Origin: Gemmatimonadota bacterium
GTDB taxonomy: Bacteria > Gemmatimonadota > Gemmatimonadetes > Gemmatimonadales > JACORV01
Length of the DNA stretch: 52,439 bases
Assembly (NCBI GenBank): GCA_016179225.1
Contig: JACORV010000119.1
Location: forward strand, 1 to 52,439
Direction: 5' to 3'
Under the pieces are notes generated by a model, which did no database searches, was not told where the DNA came from, and saw only the letters and a program-made list of their open reading frames with translations. A program made the position numbers and the translations under genes. Positions 38,525 to 47,086 of this stretch are shown here, piece after piece; within the stretch, counting starts at the first letter, position 1; each line of letters opens with the position of its first letter.

Positions 38525-39244
38525 ATGGGTCGGGCGCGCGTCTCGCGGTCGGGCATTCCGCTCAACGCCTCGCCCCAAACGCACGAGCGCGTGCTCTCCT
38601 GGTTCGCGGACTGGCCGCGCGGCCGGGTCTTCGACTGCCCGGCGGGCGGCGGCGCGCTCACCTACGAGCTCGCGGCGATGGGCTTCGCGGTGGTCGCCGC
38701 GGACATCGACCGGCGGGCGGGTCGTGGCGTGGGCCTGCGGCTGTGCGCGGACCTGAGCCGGCCGCTCCCGTTCGCCGGCGGGACCTTCGACTACGTCGCC
38801 TGCGTCGAAGGGATCGAGCACCTGGAGCGGCCGGTGGACGCGCTGCGCGAGATGCGCCGCCTGCTGCGACCCGGCGGCCGGCTCGTGCTCACCACGCCGA
38901 ACGTGCTCCACCTGGCGTCGCGGGTGCGGATGCTGCTCACGGGCTTTTGGAGCTCCGCGCCGCGGCCGTGCGACGCGGGGGCGCCGACGGGCCTCGAGCA
39001 CATCATGTTGCTCACGCAGCCGATGCTCGCCTACTTCCTGGCGCGCGTGGGCTTCAGCATCGAGCGACTCGAGGCGAGCCGCACGGTACGGAGCAGCGTG
39101 CCGTGGGCCTGGCTCGTGGGGCCGATTGGGATCGCGACGCGCGTGGCGCTGCGGCGGCCCGCCCACCGAGCCACGTCCCACGCCCTGCTCTCACGCGACC
39201 TCCTTTTCGGGCACGCGCTGCTTTTCACCTGTCGGGCGGTGTAG
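38525..39244 (+). CDS. Class I SAM-dependent methyltransferase
   Basis: VFDCPAGGGALTYELAAMGFAVVAADID, FDYVACVEGIEHLERP, LRPGGRLVLTTPN. Confidence 0.8.
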   Translation: MGRARVSRSGIPLNASPQTHERVLSWFADWPRGRVFDCPAGGGALTYELAAMGFAVVAADIDRRAGRGVGLRLCADLSRPLPFAGGTFDYVACVEGIEHLERPVDALREMRRLLRPGGRLVLTTPNVLHLASRVRMLLTGFWSSAPRPCDAGAPTGLEHIMLLTQPMLAYFLARVGFSIERLEASRTVRSSVPWAWLVGPIGIATRVALRRPAHRATSHALLSRDLLFGHALLFTCRAV

Positions 39245-39284
39245 CTTTGGCGGCGGGCACGCGTCAGTGGAGGCCGTCCACCGC

Positions 39285-40028
39285 ATGAGCGCCGTCGCCG
39301 GTCCGCGCGGCATCACCTTTCAGCCCGACATCTATCCCAAGGTGCTGTCGCTCCTTCCGGCCCAGCCCGGCGCGCGCGTGCTCGACGTCGGCGCGGGCGA
39401 GGGGTACTTCGCCCGGCTGGCCGCGGAGCGCGGCTACGTCGTGGAGGCGTGCGACTTCCAGCAGCAGCTCTTCAGGTGGCCTGGTGTCCCGTTCCACCAG
39501 GCGGACCTGAACGAAGCGATCCCGCTGCCCGACGAGTCGTTCGATTGCGTCGTTTCGATCGAGGTCCTCGAGCACCTGGAGAACCACACGCGCTTCATGC
39601 AGGAACTGCTGCGCGTGACACGCAGGGGCGGGACGATCATCCTGACGACGCCGAACGTGCTCTCCATCCCATCCCGCTGGCATTTCTTCCTGTACGGCTA
39701 CACCGATTGCGCGCCGCTCCCGCTCGACCCCACGCGGGACGACTACTACATGCAGCACATCAATCCCATCAGCCTGCCGGAGATCCTGTTCCTCCTCGAG
39801 CGGTTCGGGGGCGAGCTGGTCGAGCTCCACACCAACCGCATCCGCAAGAGCGCACGGCTACCGATGCTGCTGCTCTATCCGTTGCTGGCGCTGGCGCTCC
39901 GGGGCAAGCTGCTGAGGCGCAAGTACGCCGAGGCGAAGCCGCTGCACCTGCGCCACCTGCGATGGATGCTGCACCGGGCGAACCTGATGGGGCGGATCAC
40001 CATCGCCGTGGGGCGACGTGTCCGGTGA
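39285..40028 (+). CDS. Class I SAM-dependent methyltransferase (paralogue of 38525..39244)
   Basis: Start is ATG 39285 inside track ORF 39126..40028. VLDVGAGEGYFARLAAERGYVVEACDF, FDCVVSIEVLEHLENH, RRGGTIILTTPN. Confidence 0.8.
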   Translation: MSAVAGPRGITFQPDIYPKVLSLLPAQPGARVLDVGAGEGYFARLAAERGYVVEACDFQQQLFRWPGVPFHQADLNEAIPLPDESFDCVVSIEVLEHLENHTRFMQELLRVTRRGGTIILTTPNVLSIPSRWHFFLYGYTDCAPLPLDPTRDDYYMQHINPISLPEILFLLERFGGELVELHTNRIRKSARLPMLLLYPLLALALRGKLLRRKYAEAKPLHLRHLRWMLHRANLMGRITIAVGRRVR

Positions 40029-40836
40029 GCGGGCGGTGATTCCGGCCGGATTCCAGGAGCATGCGGAGGCGATGGTCGCACTCGCGCAGCGGCTCGAGGG
40101 ACATCTGACCCCCAAGGAGGTCCGGTTCCTCAGCCTCCTCGCGGCGGTGCCGACGGCAGCGGGCGAGGTGCTCGAAATCGGCAGCTTCAAGGGCAAGTCC
40201 ACCATCGTTCTGGCGAAGTCGGTCGGGCTCGCGGGGGGCGCGCGCGTTGTCGCGGTGGACCCACTCACGCTGCCGTCGGCAACCGACCCCGGCATCGGCG
40301 ACGCGAGCGCCTTGCCGGCCACGCTTCGCGGCAACCTGCGTGCGCACGGCGTGGAGGGCTCCGTGGAGTTCCACGAGATGCGCTCCGAGGACCTCGGGCG
40401 CACGTGGGACCGCCGGTTGCGGCTCTTGTGGATCGACGGCGATCACACCTACGCTGGCGCTCGCCGCGACTTCGAGACCTTCGCTCCGTTCCTCAGTCCG
40501 GGCGCCATCGTCGCCTTCCACGACACGCTCCACCGGTTCGATGGTCCGGTCCGCATGGTGTGCGAAAGCCTGCTGCTGTCGGACCGGTTCGGCGTGTGCG
40601 GTGTGTGCGGCTCGATCGGGTGGTCGCAGTTCCTGGGCGATGCACGGCGGGTCGAGCAGCACTGGCCGGCGAAGCGGCGGCTGTACGGACAGCTCAGTCG
40701 GCTGATCCCGCACGTCGCGACGCACCGGTCGGGCGGCGGCTTGAACCGCCTCTGGTTCGAGGTGAAGCGCGCGCTGGTGCCCCACGGCGACGTGGATCCC
40801 GCCCGGTGGCTGTCGTCGCTGCAGCCGGGCGCGTGA
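40018..40836 (+). CDS. Class I SAM-dependent methyltransferase (Methyltransf_24 / O-methyltransferase-like)
   Basis: VLEIGSFKGKSTIVLAKSV and LLWIDGDHTYAGARRDFETFAPFLSPGAIVAFHD. GTG start overlaps the previous gene by 11 nt. Confidence 0.75.
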   Translation: MSGERAVIPAGFQEHAEAMVALAQRLEGHLTPKEVRFLSLLAAVPTAAGEVLEIGSFKGKSTIVLAKSVGLAGGARVVAVDPLTLPSATDPGIGDASALPATLRGNLRAHGVEGSVEFHEMRSEDLGRTWDRRLRLLWIDGDHTYAGARRDFETFAPFLSPGAIVAFHDTLHRFDGPVRMVCESLLLSDRFGVCGVCGSIGWSQFLGDARRVEQHWPAKRRLYGQLSRLIPHVATHRSGGGLNRLWFEVKRALVPHGDVDPARWLSSLQPGA

Positions 40837-41591
40837 CGCCTCGGCTCAGCGCCGTCCTCATCACGCTCAACGAGGAGCGGCGAATCGGCGCGTGCCTCGA
40901 GAGCGTTGCGGGGCTGGCGGACGAGATCGTGGTGCTGGACACCCTGTCCACGGACCGAACCGTCGAGATCGCGCTGGCGGCGGGGGCGCGGGTGGAGCGT
41001 GCGGCGTTCGAGGGTTTTGGGCCGACCAAGCAGCGGGCGCTCGACCTCGCCCAGGGCGCCTGGGTGCTCTCGATCGATGCGGACGAGCGGGTGACACCGG
41101 CGTTGGCGGCGGAGATCCGGCGCGTGGTCGAGAAGGAGGACGCCGCGGACGGTCACTGGATGCGTCGCGACGTCTACTATCTCGGCCGGCGGATGCGGTT
41201 CGGCGGTCTTGGCCGCGACTGGGTGTTGCGGCTATTCCGGCGCGGGCGTGGGCGTTTCACGGCCGCTCGCGTCCACGAGCGTGTCGAAGTCGAGGGCCGG
41301 ACCGCGCGGCTTGCGGGCCTCCTCGAGCACCATACTTGCGCCACGCTCTCGGAGCACCTCGCGAAGGTGGAGCGTTACTCCTCACTCAGGGCCGAGGAGC
41401 TGGCGGCGCGCGGCCGGCGTTACCGTCCGACCGACGTCCTCAGGGTGCCGGTGGAGTTCGTGCTCCGCACGGTGGGGCGGCTCGGAGTGCTCGACGGCAC
41501 GCCGGGCGTGGTGTACGCGGCGGTCTCGGCGTACGCGAAGTGGCTCCGTTACGCGAAGCTGCTGGACCGTGAGCGGTTGCCGGCGCGTTGA
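40833..41591 (+). CDS. Glycosyltransferase family 2
   Basis: Start is GTG 40833 (GTGA overlap) inside track ORF 40404..41591. SAVLITLNEERRIGACLESV, VLDTLSTDRT, SIDADE. Confidence 0.8.
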   Translation: MTPRLSAVLITLNEERRIGACLESVAGLADEIVVLDTLSTDRTVEIALAAGARVERAAFEGFGPTKQRALDLAQGAWVLSIDADERVTPALAAEIRRVVEKEDAADGHWMRRDVYYLGRRMRFGGLGRDWVLRLFRRGRGRFTAARVHERVEVEGRTARLAGLLEHHTCATLSEHLAKVERYSSLRAEELAARGRRYRPTDVLRVPVEFVLRTVGRLGVLDGTPGVVYAAVSAYAKWLRYAKLLDRERLPAR

Positions 41592-41640
41592 GCCCGCGCC
41601 GGTCGGTCGGGCACGAGGTGCCGCGGCACGGCCTCCGCGG

Positions 41641-41716
41641 CTAGATTAGACGCTCGCGATGGACCCGACCTACTACCGCAAGGGCTTCGGTCTCAGGGAC
41701 GTGATCCAGGCTGCGC
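41641..41716 (+). repeat. Diverged duplicate of the ispH upstream region plus its first approximately 18 codons
   Basis: CTAGATT, then 13 nt, then GGACCCGACCTACTACCGCAAGGGCTTCGGTCTCAGGGACGTGATCCAGGCTGCGC. This aligns with 42587-42661 (about 88% over the 56-nt coding part). Confidence 0.8.
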
Positions 41717-41734
41717 GGACTGGTGACGACCACG

Positions 41735-41860
41735 ATGCCGCTGCCCGATGCGTCGTTCGAACGCGTCATCGGCATCGAGGTGATTGAGCACGTGGAGAAC
41801 CGCACGCGTTTCGTGGACGTCGTGCGCTCGGAGGACGTTTCGCAGAGATCGTCGCCATGA
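41735..41860 (+). pseudogene. Internal fragment of a class I methyltransferase (paralogue of 39285..40028)
   Basis: MPLPDASFERVIGIEVIEHVENRTRFVD matches IPLPDESFDCVVSIEVLEHLENHTRFMQ of the intact gene, and roughly three-quarters of aligned DNA positions match by eye. It lacks both the SAM-binding N-terminus and the C-terminus. Confidence 0.65.
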
Positions 41861-42579
41861 ACCTCTGGGAATGTCTTCACTTTCTGCATCGCGCATGGAG
41901 GTACCGCTTGCGGGCCGAGCGTGATGAGATCGGCTACCTCCTGCGGCGCGAGTTGCGCGGCCGGACGGTGGTGGACATCGGCGCGTGCCGTGGCGTCTAC
42001 AGCTACTGGATGCACCGCGCGGTCGGGCCCGAGGGATGGGTAGTGGCCTTCGAGCCGCAGCCCGAACTGGCCGTCGATCTCGAACAGCTCAAGAGGGTCT
42101 TTCGTCTGCGCCGGTTGCAGATCGCGAACGTCGGTCTCTCGGCCGCCCCGGGAACGCGCACACTAGTGCGTCCTCGGAGGAACTGGGGTGGCGCGAGCCT
42201 CGAAATCAGGCCCTCCGATGACACGGACAGCTTCGAGGTCAAGCTGACAACGTTGGATGCGTTCTTTCACGGCCATCCCGGCCGCCCGGTACGGTTCATC
42301 AAGTGCGATGTTGAAGGGCACGAACTACAAGTCTTCAGGGGAGGCATGCAGCTGCTCCGCGAGGACCGACCGGATCTCCTATTCGAGTGTTTCGACCAGA
42401 AAGTGGAGAGCGGCGAGGTCATCAAGCTGCTCGCGGAACTCGGCTATGAAGGTCACTTCTTCTTCAGGCGGACCCTGGTCCCGTTCGACCGCTACGCCTC
42501 CTTGAGGCAGGCGATCGACCAGCCGTACTTGAACTTCGTGTTTACCCCGCGCGAGGCGCGTGACAGGCACGACCGCTAG
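41857..42579 (+). CDS. FkbM-family methyltransferase
   Basis: VVDIGACRGVYSYWM and FIKCDVEGHELQVFRG. Confidence 0.8.
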   Translation: MNLWECLHFLHRAWRYRLRAERDEIGYLLRRELRGRTVVDIGACRGVYSYWMHRAVGPEGWVVAFEPQPELAVDLEQLKRVFRLRRLQIANVGLSAAPGTRTLVRPRRNWGGASLEIRPSDDTDSFEVKLTTLDAFFHGHPGRPVRFIKCDVEGHELQVFRGGMQLLREDRPDLLFECFDQKVESGEVIKLLAELGYEGHFFFRRTLVPFDRYASLRQAIDQPYLNFVFTPREARDRHDR

Positions 42580-42586
42580 GGATCCG

Positions 42587-42661
42587 CTAGATTGCCCGGC
42601 GTGACGGACCAGACCTACTACCGTAAGGGCTTCGGTCTCAAGGATGAGATCCAGGGCGCGC
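42587..42661 (+). repeat. Partner copy of the duplication (the authentic ispH 5' region)
   Basis: See 41641..41716. Confidence 0.8.
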
Positions 42662-43812
42662 TGACGGAGGACTACCACAGCGCGCTGGTGGACGAAGTGC
42701 GCGCGCGGGGGTACGCGCTCACGGCGGACGACCTAACGGTGCGGCTCGCCAAGGAGTTCGGCTTCTGCTACGGCGTGGACCGCGCCGTCGAGTACGCCTA
42801 CGAGACGCGCACCAAGTTCCCGGCCAGGCGCATCTACCTCGTGGGCGAGATCATCCATAACCCGCATGTGAACGCCAAGCTCGCCGCTATGGGCGTCGTG
42901 CTCCTCGGGCGGACGGCGGAGGGCGACTTCGACCTGTCGGCGGTGACCGTGGACGACGTCGTAATCCTCCCGGCCTTCGGTGTGACGAAGGCCGATTTCG
43001 ACCGCTTGCGGGCCGTCGGCTGCGTGCTGGTGGACACGACGTGCGGCTCGGTGCTCAACGTCTGGAAGCGGGTGGAGAGTTACGCTCGGGATGGCTTCAC
43101 GGCGCTCATCCACGGCAAGTACACGCATGAGGAAACCAAGGCGACCGCGTCGCAAGTGACGAAACACCCGCACGGCCGTTACCTGGTGGTGCGGGACATG
43201 GGCGAAGCGCGGTTGGTCTGCGAATTCATCGAGCGCGGCGAGGGCGGGGAGGCCTTGCGGGAACGGCTCCGAAAGGCGGCGTCGCCGGACTTCGATCCGA
43301 CCCGCGACCTCCAGCAGGTCGGGGTGGCGAACCAGACGACGATGCTGTCGAGTGAGTCCCTCGCCATAGCGGCCGAGGTACGGCGGGCGATGGTCGCGCG
43401 CTATGGCGAAGGGGAGGCGCGCGAGCGGTTCCGCAGCTTCGACACCATCTGCTCGGCGACCCAGGACCGGCAGGACGCGGTGCTCCGGATGCTGGAGTGG
43501 GGCGTGGACGTCGCGGTCGTCATCGGCGGGTTCAACTCCAGCAACACCACGCACCTCGCCGCGCTGTGCGCGGAGCGGGTGCCGACCTACCACGTGGAGG
43601 ACTCGGCGGGCATCGTGCCCGAGACGCGCACCATCCGGCACAAGCCGGTGGGAGCGCACGTGGCGGTGGAGGCCACCGACTGGCTGCCCGCGAGCGCGCG
43701 GGTCGTCGGGGTGACGGCCGGCGCTTCGACGCCGAACAACAAGGTCGGCGAAGTGATCGAGCGGATCTTCGCGACGCGGGGGATCGAGGTGGCGGAAGCC
43801 GTGAGCCGGTAG
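42601..43812 (+). CDS. ispH: 4-hydroxy-3-methylbut-2-enyl diphosphate reductase (long form with N-terminal extension)
   Basis: Three cluster cysteines in FGFCYGVDRAV, TTCGSVLNVW and DTICSATQDRQ. Start is GTG 42601 (MTDQTYYRKGFGL) or TTG 42592. Confidence 0.9.
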   Translation: MTDQTYYRKGFGLKDEIQGALTEDYHSALVDEVRARGYALTADDLTVRLAKEFGFCYGVDRAVEYAYETRTKFPARRIYLVGEIIHNPHVNAKLAAMGVVLLGRTAEGDFDLSAVTVDDVVILPAFGVTKADFDRLRAVGCVLVDTTCGSVLNVWKRVESYARDGFTALIHGKYTHEETKATASQVTKHPHGRYLVVRDMGEARLVCEFIERGEGGEALRERLRKAASPDFDPTRDLQQVGVANQTTMLSSESLAIAAEVRRAMVARYGEGEARERFRSFDTICSATQDRQDAVLRMLEWGVDVAVVIGGFNSSNTTHLAALCAERVPTYHVEDSAGIVPETRTIRHKPVGAHVAVEATDWLPASARVVGVTAGASTPNNKVGEVIERIFATRGIEVAEAVSR

Positions 43813-43814
43813 GC

Positions 43815-43868
43815 GGGAGCCGGGAGCCGGACCCTTCAGCGCGCCACCCAAGGTACGGCTCCCGGCTC
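43815..43868. terminator. GC-rich inverted repeat between convergent ispH and dnaE2
   Basis: GGGAGCCGGGAGCCGG (43815-43830) pairs with CGGCTCCCGGCTC (43856-43868) around a loop of about 25 nt. There is no U-tract, so an intrinsic-terminator function is uncertain. Confidence 0.35.
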
Positions 43869-43878
43869 ACGGCTCCCG

Positions 43879-46800
43879 TCAGTGAAAGTCATGCGACTCC
43901 ACGAACGCGGCGCCGGCCTGCGGGCTGAGCGCCGCGAACTTCTTTCCACGCACGTTGAGCACGCCCTGCTCCTCCTGGAGGATGCCGCGCACCAGGAGCA
44001 GGGGTGAGCGTATGACGAGCCGCCGGTTGGCCTCGAAGAGCCTGGGAGTGATGACGACGTTGGCGAGGCCGGTCTCGTCCTCGAGCGTCACGAAGCAGAA
44101 CCCCTTCGCCGTGCCGGGCCGCTGGCGGCAGATGACGATGCCGGCGACGGTCACCCAGTCGCCGTCGCGCTGGCGCGCGAGGTCGGCGGCGGTGGTGACG
44201 CCGCGCGCGCGCATCACCTCGCGCAGATGGCGCATGGGGTGGCCGGCGGGGGAGAGGCCGGTCACGCGGTAGTCCGCTTCGGTGAGCTCGACCGGCGCGA
44301 GCTGAGGCAGGGGGGCTGGCCGACGGTCTTGCGCCACGGGCGCGAGCGGGCCGGCTGCGCCACGGGCATGTTTGAGCAGCTCCCAGAGCGCCGACCGGCG
44401 GTTGGACCACAGGCTGCCGAAGGCGCCCGCCTCGGCGAGTGCGCGCAGCTGAGCGACGTTGAGCCCGCTCGCGCGTACCCATCCATCGAGCGAGTCGGGG
44501 CGTCGGCCGTCCAGGAGCGGCTCGAGCCGCTCTCTCGCCTTCTCGCCGAGGCCGCGGATGTAACGAAGGCCGATGCGTAGCGCGCGACGAGGGACGAGTC
44601 CTGCGCGGTCCGGCGGGCGCCGTGCGTGCCGTCCGACCGCCGGATCGCGCAGGGCTCGTCCCGAGGACGCGCGCTCGTCATCCGACTCCACGGTGCAATC
44701 CCACGCGCTGCGCATCACGTCCACGCCGCGCACCTCCACGCCGTGACGCCGCGCGTCCTCGACGATCGTGCCCGGCGCGTAGAAGCCCATGGGCTGCGCG
44801 TTGAGGAGCGCGCAGGTGAACTCGACCGGGTAGTAGTGCTTGAGGTACGCAGAGGCGTAGACGAGGAGCGCGAAGCTCGCCGCGTGGCTCTCGGGGAAGC
44901 CGTAATCCGCGAAGGCGGCGATCTGGTTGAAGATGCGACGCGCGACGTCCGGTTCGATCCCGTTCTTCGCCATGCCGTCGATCAGCTTCCGGCAGATCTT
45001 CGCCATCCGCTCGTGCGAGCGCTTGTGGCCCATAGCCCGGCGCAGCTCGTCGGCCTCGCCGGGGGTGAAGCCCGCCGCGGCGATCGCCACCTGCATCCCC
45101 TGCTCCTGGAAGAGCGGCACGCCGAGGGTGCGCTCGAGGATCGGCTCGAGGGAGGGATGCGGGTAGGTGACGGGCTCCTCGCCGGCGCGGCGCCGCAGAT
45201 ACGGGTGCACCATCTCGCCCTGGATGGGGCCGGGGCGGATGAGCGCCACCTCGACCACGAGGTCGTAGAACCTGCGTGGCGCGAGGCGGGGCAGGGTGTT
45301 CATCTGCGCGCGCGATTCCACCTGGAAGACGCCCACGGTATCGGCGCGGCAGAGCATGTCGTAGACGGCGGGGTCGTCCATCGGGAGCCTGGCGAGATCG
45401 ATGACGCCGCCGCAGTGCACGCGGATCAGCCGGATCGCGTCCTGGATCAGGGTGAGCATGCCGAGGCCGAGCAGGTCGATCTTGATGAGCCGGACCGGAT
45501 CGAGGTCGTCCTTGTCCCACTGGATGACGGTGCGCTCCGGCATCGCGGCGGGCTCGATGGGCACGACGGCGGCCAGCGGCTCCTTCGAGAGGACGAAGCC
45601 GCCCACGTGGATCGAGCGGTGGCGCGGGAGCTGGTGCAGCCCGCGCACGACTTCGGCGAGCATGTGGACGCGGTGGTCCTTGGGGTCGAGGTCGGCCGCG
45701 GCGGCGCCGCCTCCGAGCAACCTCTCGCCGGTCTCGCGCGCGCCGTCGCGGTCGGCCTCGTCCGCGAGCTTTTCGGCCTGCTGCACCGAGAAGCCGAGGA
45801 CCCGCGCGGCGTCGCGCACCGCGGCGCGGCCACGGTAGGTGATTGCCTCGCACACCATGGCGGCGTGGTCGCGCCCGTAGCGGCGGTAGACGTACTGGAT
45901 GACCTGCTCGCGGTCCCGGTGCGCGAAGTCGATGTCGATGTCGGGCGCCTCGCGCCGCTCCTCGGAGAGAAAGCGCTCGAAGAGCAACTCCATCCCGACC
46001 GGGTCGATCGCGGTGATGCCGAGGCAGTAACAGACGGCGGAGTTGGCCGCGGACCCACGCCCCTGCGCCAGCACGCCGAGACGGTTCGCCTCGCGCACGA
46101 TGTCCCAGACGATGAGGAAATAGCCCGGGAGGCCCAGACGCTCGATGACGTCCAGCTCGTGGCGGATCTGCTGGCGGTGACGAGCCGTGAGCCGTGAGCC
46201 GTACCGTTCGCGAGCTCCCGCGGCCACCAGCGAGGCGAGGTAGTCGTCGGCCGTCACGCCGGGCGGGAGCGGGAAGGCGGGGAGCGCGGGGGTGAGCTGG
46301 CCCATCCGGAACGCGCACCGCCCGGCGATCTCGCGCGTGGCGGCGAGAGCGTCGGGGTAGTGGCGCCAGTGGTGCGCGGTTTTCTCGGGGCGCTTGAGGT
46401 ACCACTCGCCGTTTGGCCGGAGCAGGGTGCCCGCCTCGTCCAGCGTGGCCTGGTGGCGGAGGCAGGTGAGGGCGTCGTGCACGAGGCGCCCCTTGGGCGT
46501 CGCATAGTGGACGTCGTTCGTCACCAGCCAGGGGAGGTCGAGCGAGCCGGCGAGCGCGATGAGCTTCGGCACGACGGCGCGCTCGGAGGCGAGCGCGTGG
46601 TCCCAGCACTCGACGGCCACGTTGCCCAGGAAGACCTCGGCGAGCCGGCCGAGGAGGGCGCGCGCGCCATCGTCGTCGTCCTTCGCGAGGCGCTGCGGGA
46701 CCTCGCCGAACGGACATCCGGTGAGGCAGAAGAGTCCCGCCGCGTGCCGCTCGACGTCGTCCCAGGACACCGCCGGCGCGCCGCGGTCACCGGCGCGCGC

Positions 46801-47085
46801 GAGGGTGACGAGGCGCGAGAGGTTCCGGTAGCCCGCCTCGTCCATGGCGAGCAGCGTCAGGTGGGACTTTGCGACGGTGGCCTCGAGCCCGATGAGCGCC
46901 TCGACGCCGTACTCCCGCCCCGCCTCGGCCCAGCGCACCGCGCCGCCCAGATCGTCGTGGTCGGTGAGCGCGATCGCCGTCATCCCGATCGCGGCCGCGC
47001 GCGCGATCAGCGTCTCGGGGTTCGACGCGCCGTCGAGGAGGGAGAACCCCGAATGGCAATGCAGCTCGACGTACTCGGCCGCCAC
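43879..47085 (-). CDS. dnaE2: Error-prone DNA polymerase III alpha-like subunit DnaE2 (ImuC)
   Basis: PHP domain ELHCHSGFSLLDGAS, Pol III alpha core and an OB-fold tail. It follows imuA-imuB. GTG 47085 lies 1 nt after the imuB stop and is preferred over track start 47157. Confidence 0.9.
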   Translation of the reverse strand: MAAEYVELHCHSGFSLLDGASNPETLIARAAAIGMTAIALTDHDDLGGAVRWAEAGREYGVEALIGLEATVAKSHLTLLAMDEAGYRNLSRLVTLARAGDRGAPAVSWDDVERHAAGLFCLTGCPFGEVPQRLAKDDDDGARALLGRLAEVFLGNVAVECWDHALASERAVVPKLIALAGSLDLPWLVTNDVHYATPKGRLVHDALTCLRHQATLDEAGTLLRPNGEWYLKRPEKTAHHWRHYPDALAATREIAGRCAFRMGQLTPALPAFPLPPGVTADDYLASLVAAGARERYGSRLTARHRQQIRHELDVIERLGLPGYFLIVWDIVREANRLGVLAQGRGSAANSAVCYCLGITAIDPVGMELLFERFLSEERREAPDIDIDFAHRDREQVIQYVYRRYGRDHAAMVCEAITYRGRAAVRDAARVLGFSVQQAEKLADEADRDGARETGERLLGGGAAAADLDPKDHRVHMLAEVVRGLHQLPRHRSIHVGGFVLSKEPLAAVVPIEPAAMPERTVIQWDKDDLDPVRLIKIDLLGLGMLTLIQDAIRLIRVHCGGVIDLARLPMDDPAVYDMLCRADTVGVFQVESRAQMNTLPRLAPRRFYDLVVEVALIRPGPIQGEMVHPYLRRRAGEEPVTYPHPSLEPILERTLGVPLFQEQGMQVAIAAAGFTPGEADELRRAMGHKRSHERMAKICRKLIDGMAKNGIEPDVARRIFNQIAAFADYGFPESHAASFALLVYASAYLKHYYPVEFTCALLNAQPMGFYAPGTIVEDARRHGVEVRGVDVMRSAWDCTVESDDERASSGRALRDPAVGRHARRPPDRAGLVPRRALRIGLRYIRGLGEKARERLEPLLDGRRPDSLDGWVRASGLNVAQLRALAEAGAFGSLWSNRRSALWELLKHARGAAGPLAPVAQDRRPAPLPQLAPVELTEADYRVTGLSPAGHPMRHLREVMRARGVTTAADLARQRDGDWVTVAGIVICRQRPGTAKGFCFVTLEDETGLANVVITPRLFEANRRLVIRSPLLLVRGILQEEQGVLNVRGKKFAALSPQAGAAFVESHDFH

Positions 47086-47086
47086 T

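Noticed and set aside
36935-39181. Very long antisense or alternate-frame ORFs. Examples: 36935..39181(-) 748 aa, 28540..30240(-) 566 aa, 44678..46717(-) 679 aa, 26376..28166(-) 596 aa, 21710..23467(-) 585 aa, 19169..20713(-) 514 aa, 4102..5604(+) 500 aa, 46844..48547(+) 567 aa.
   Set aside because: Their translations are dominated by Arg/Pro/Gly/Ala with no recognisable motifs. Each one overlaps a gene on another frame or strand that carries clear family signatures. This is the typical shadow-ORF behaviour of very GC-rich DNA.
41659-41787. 42-aa ORF starting with the duplicated ispH start (MDPTYYRKGFGLRDVIQAA..).
   Set aside because: After the ispH-derived 18 codons it runs out of frame through a methyltransferase fragment and ends in Arg/His-rich junk. 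It is best explained as a rearrangement relic, not a gene.
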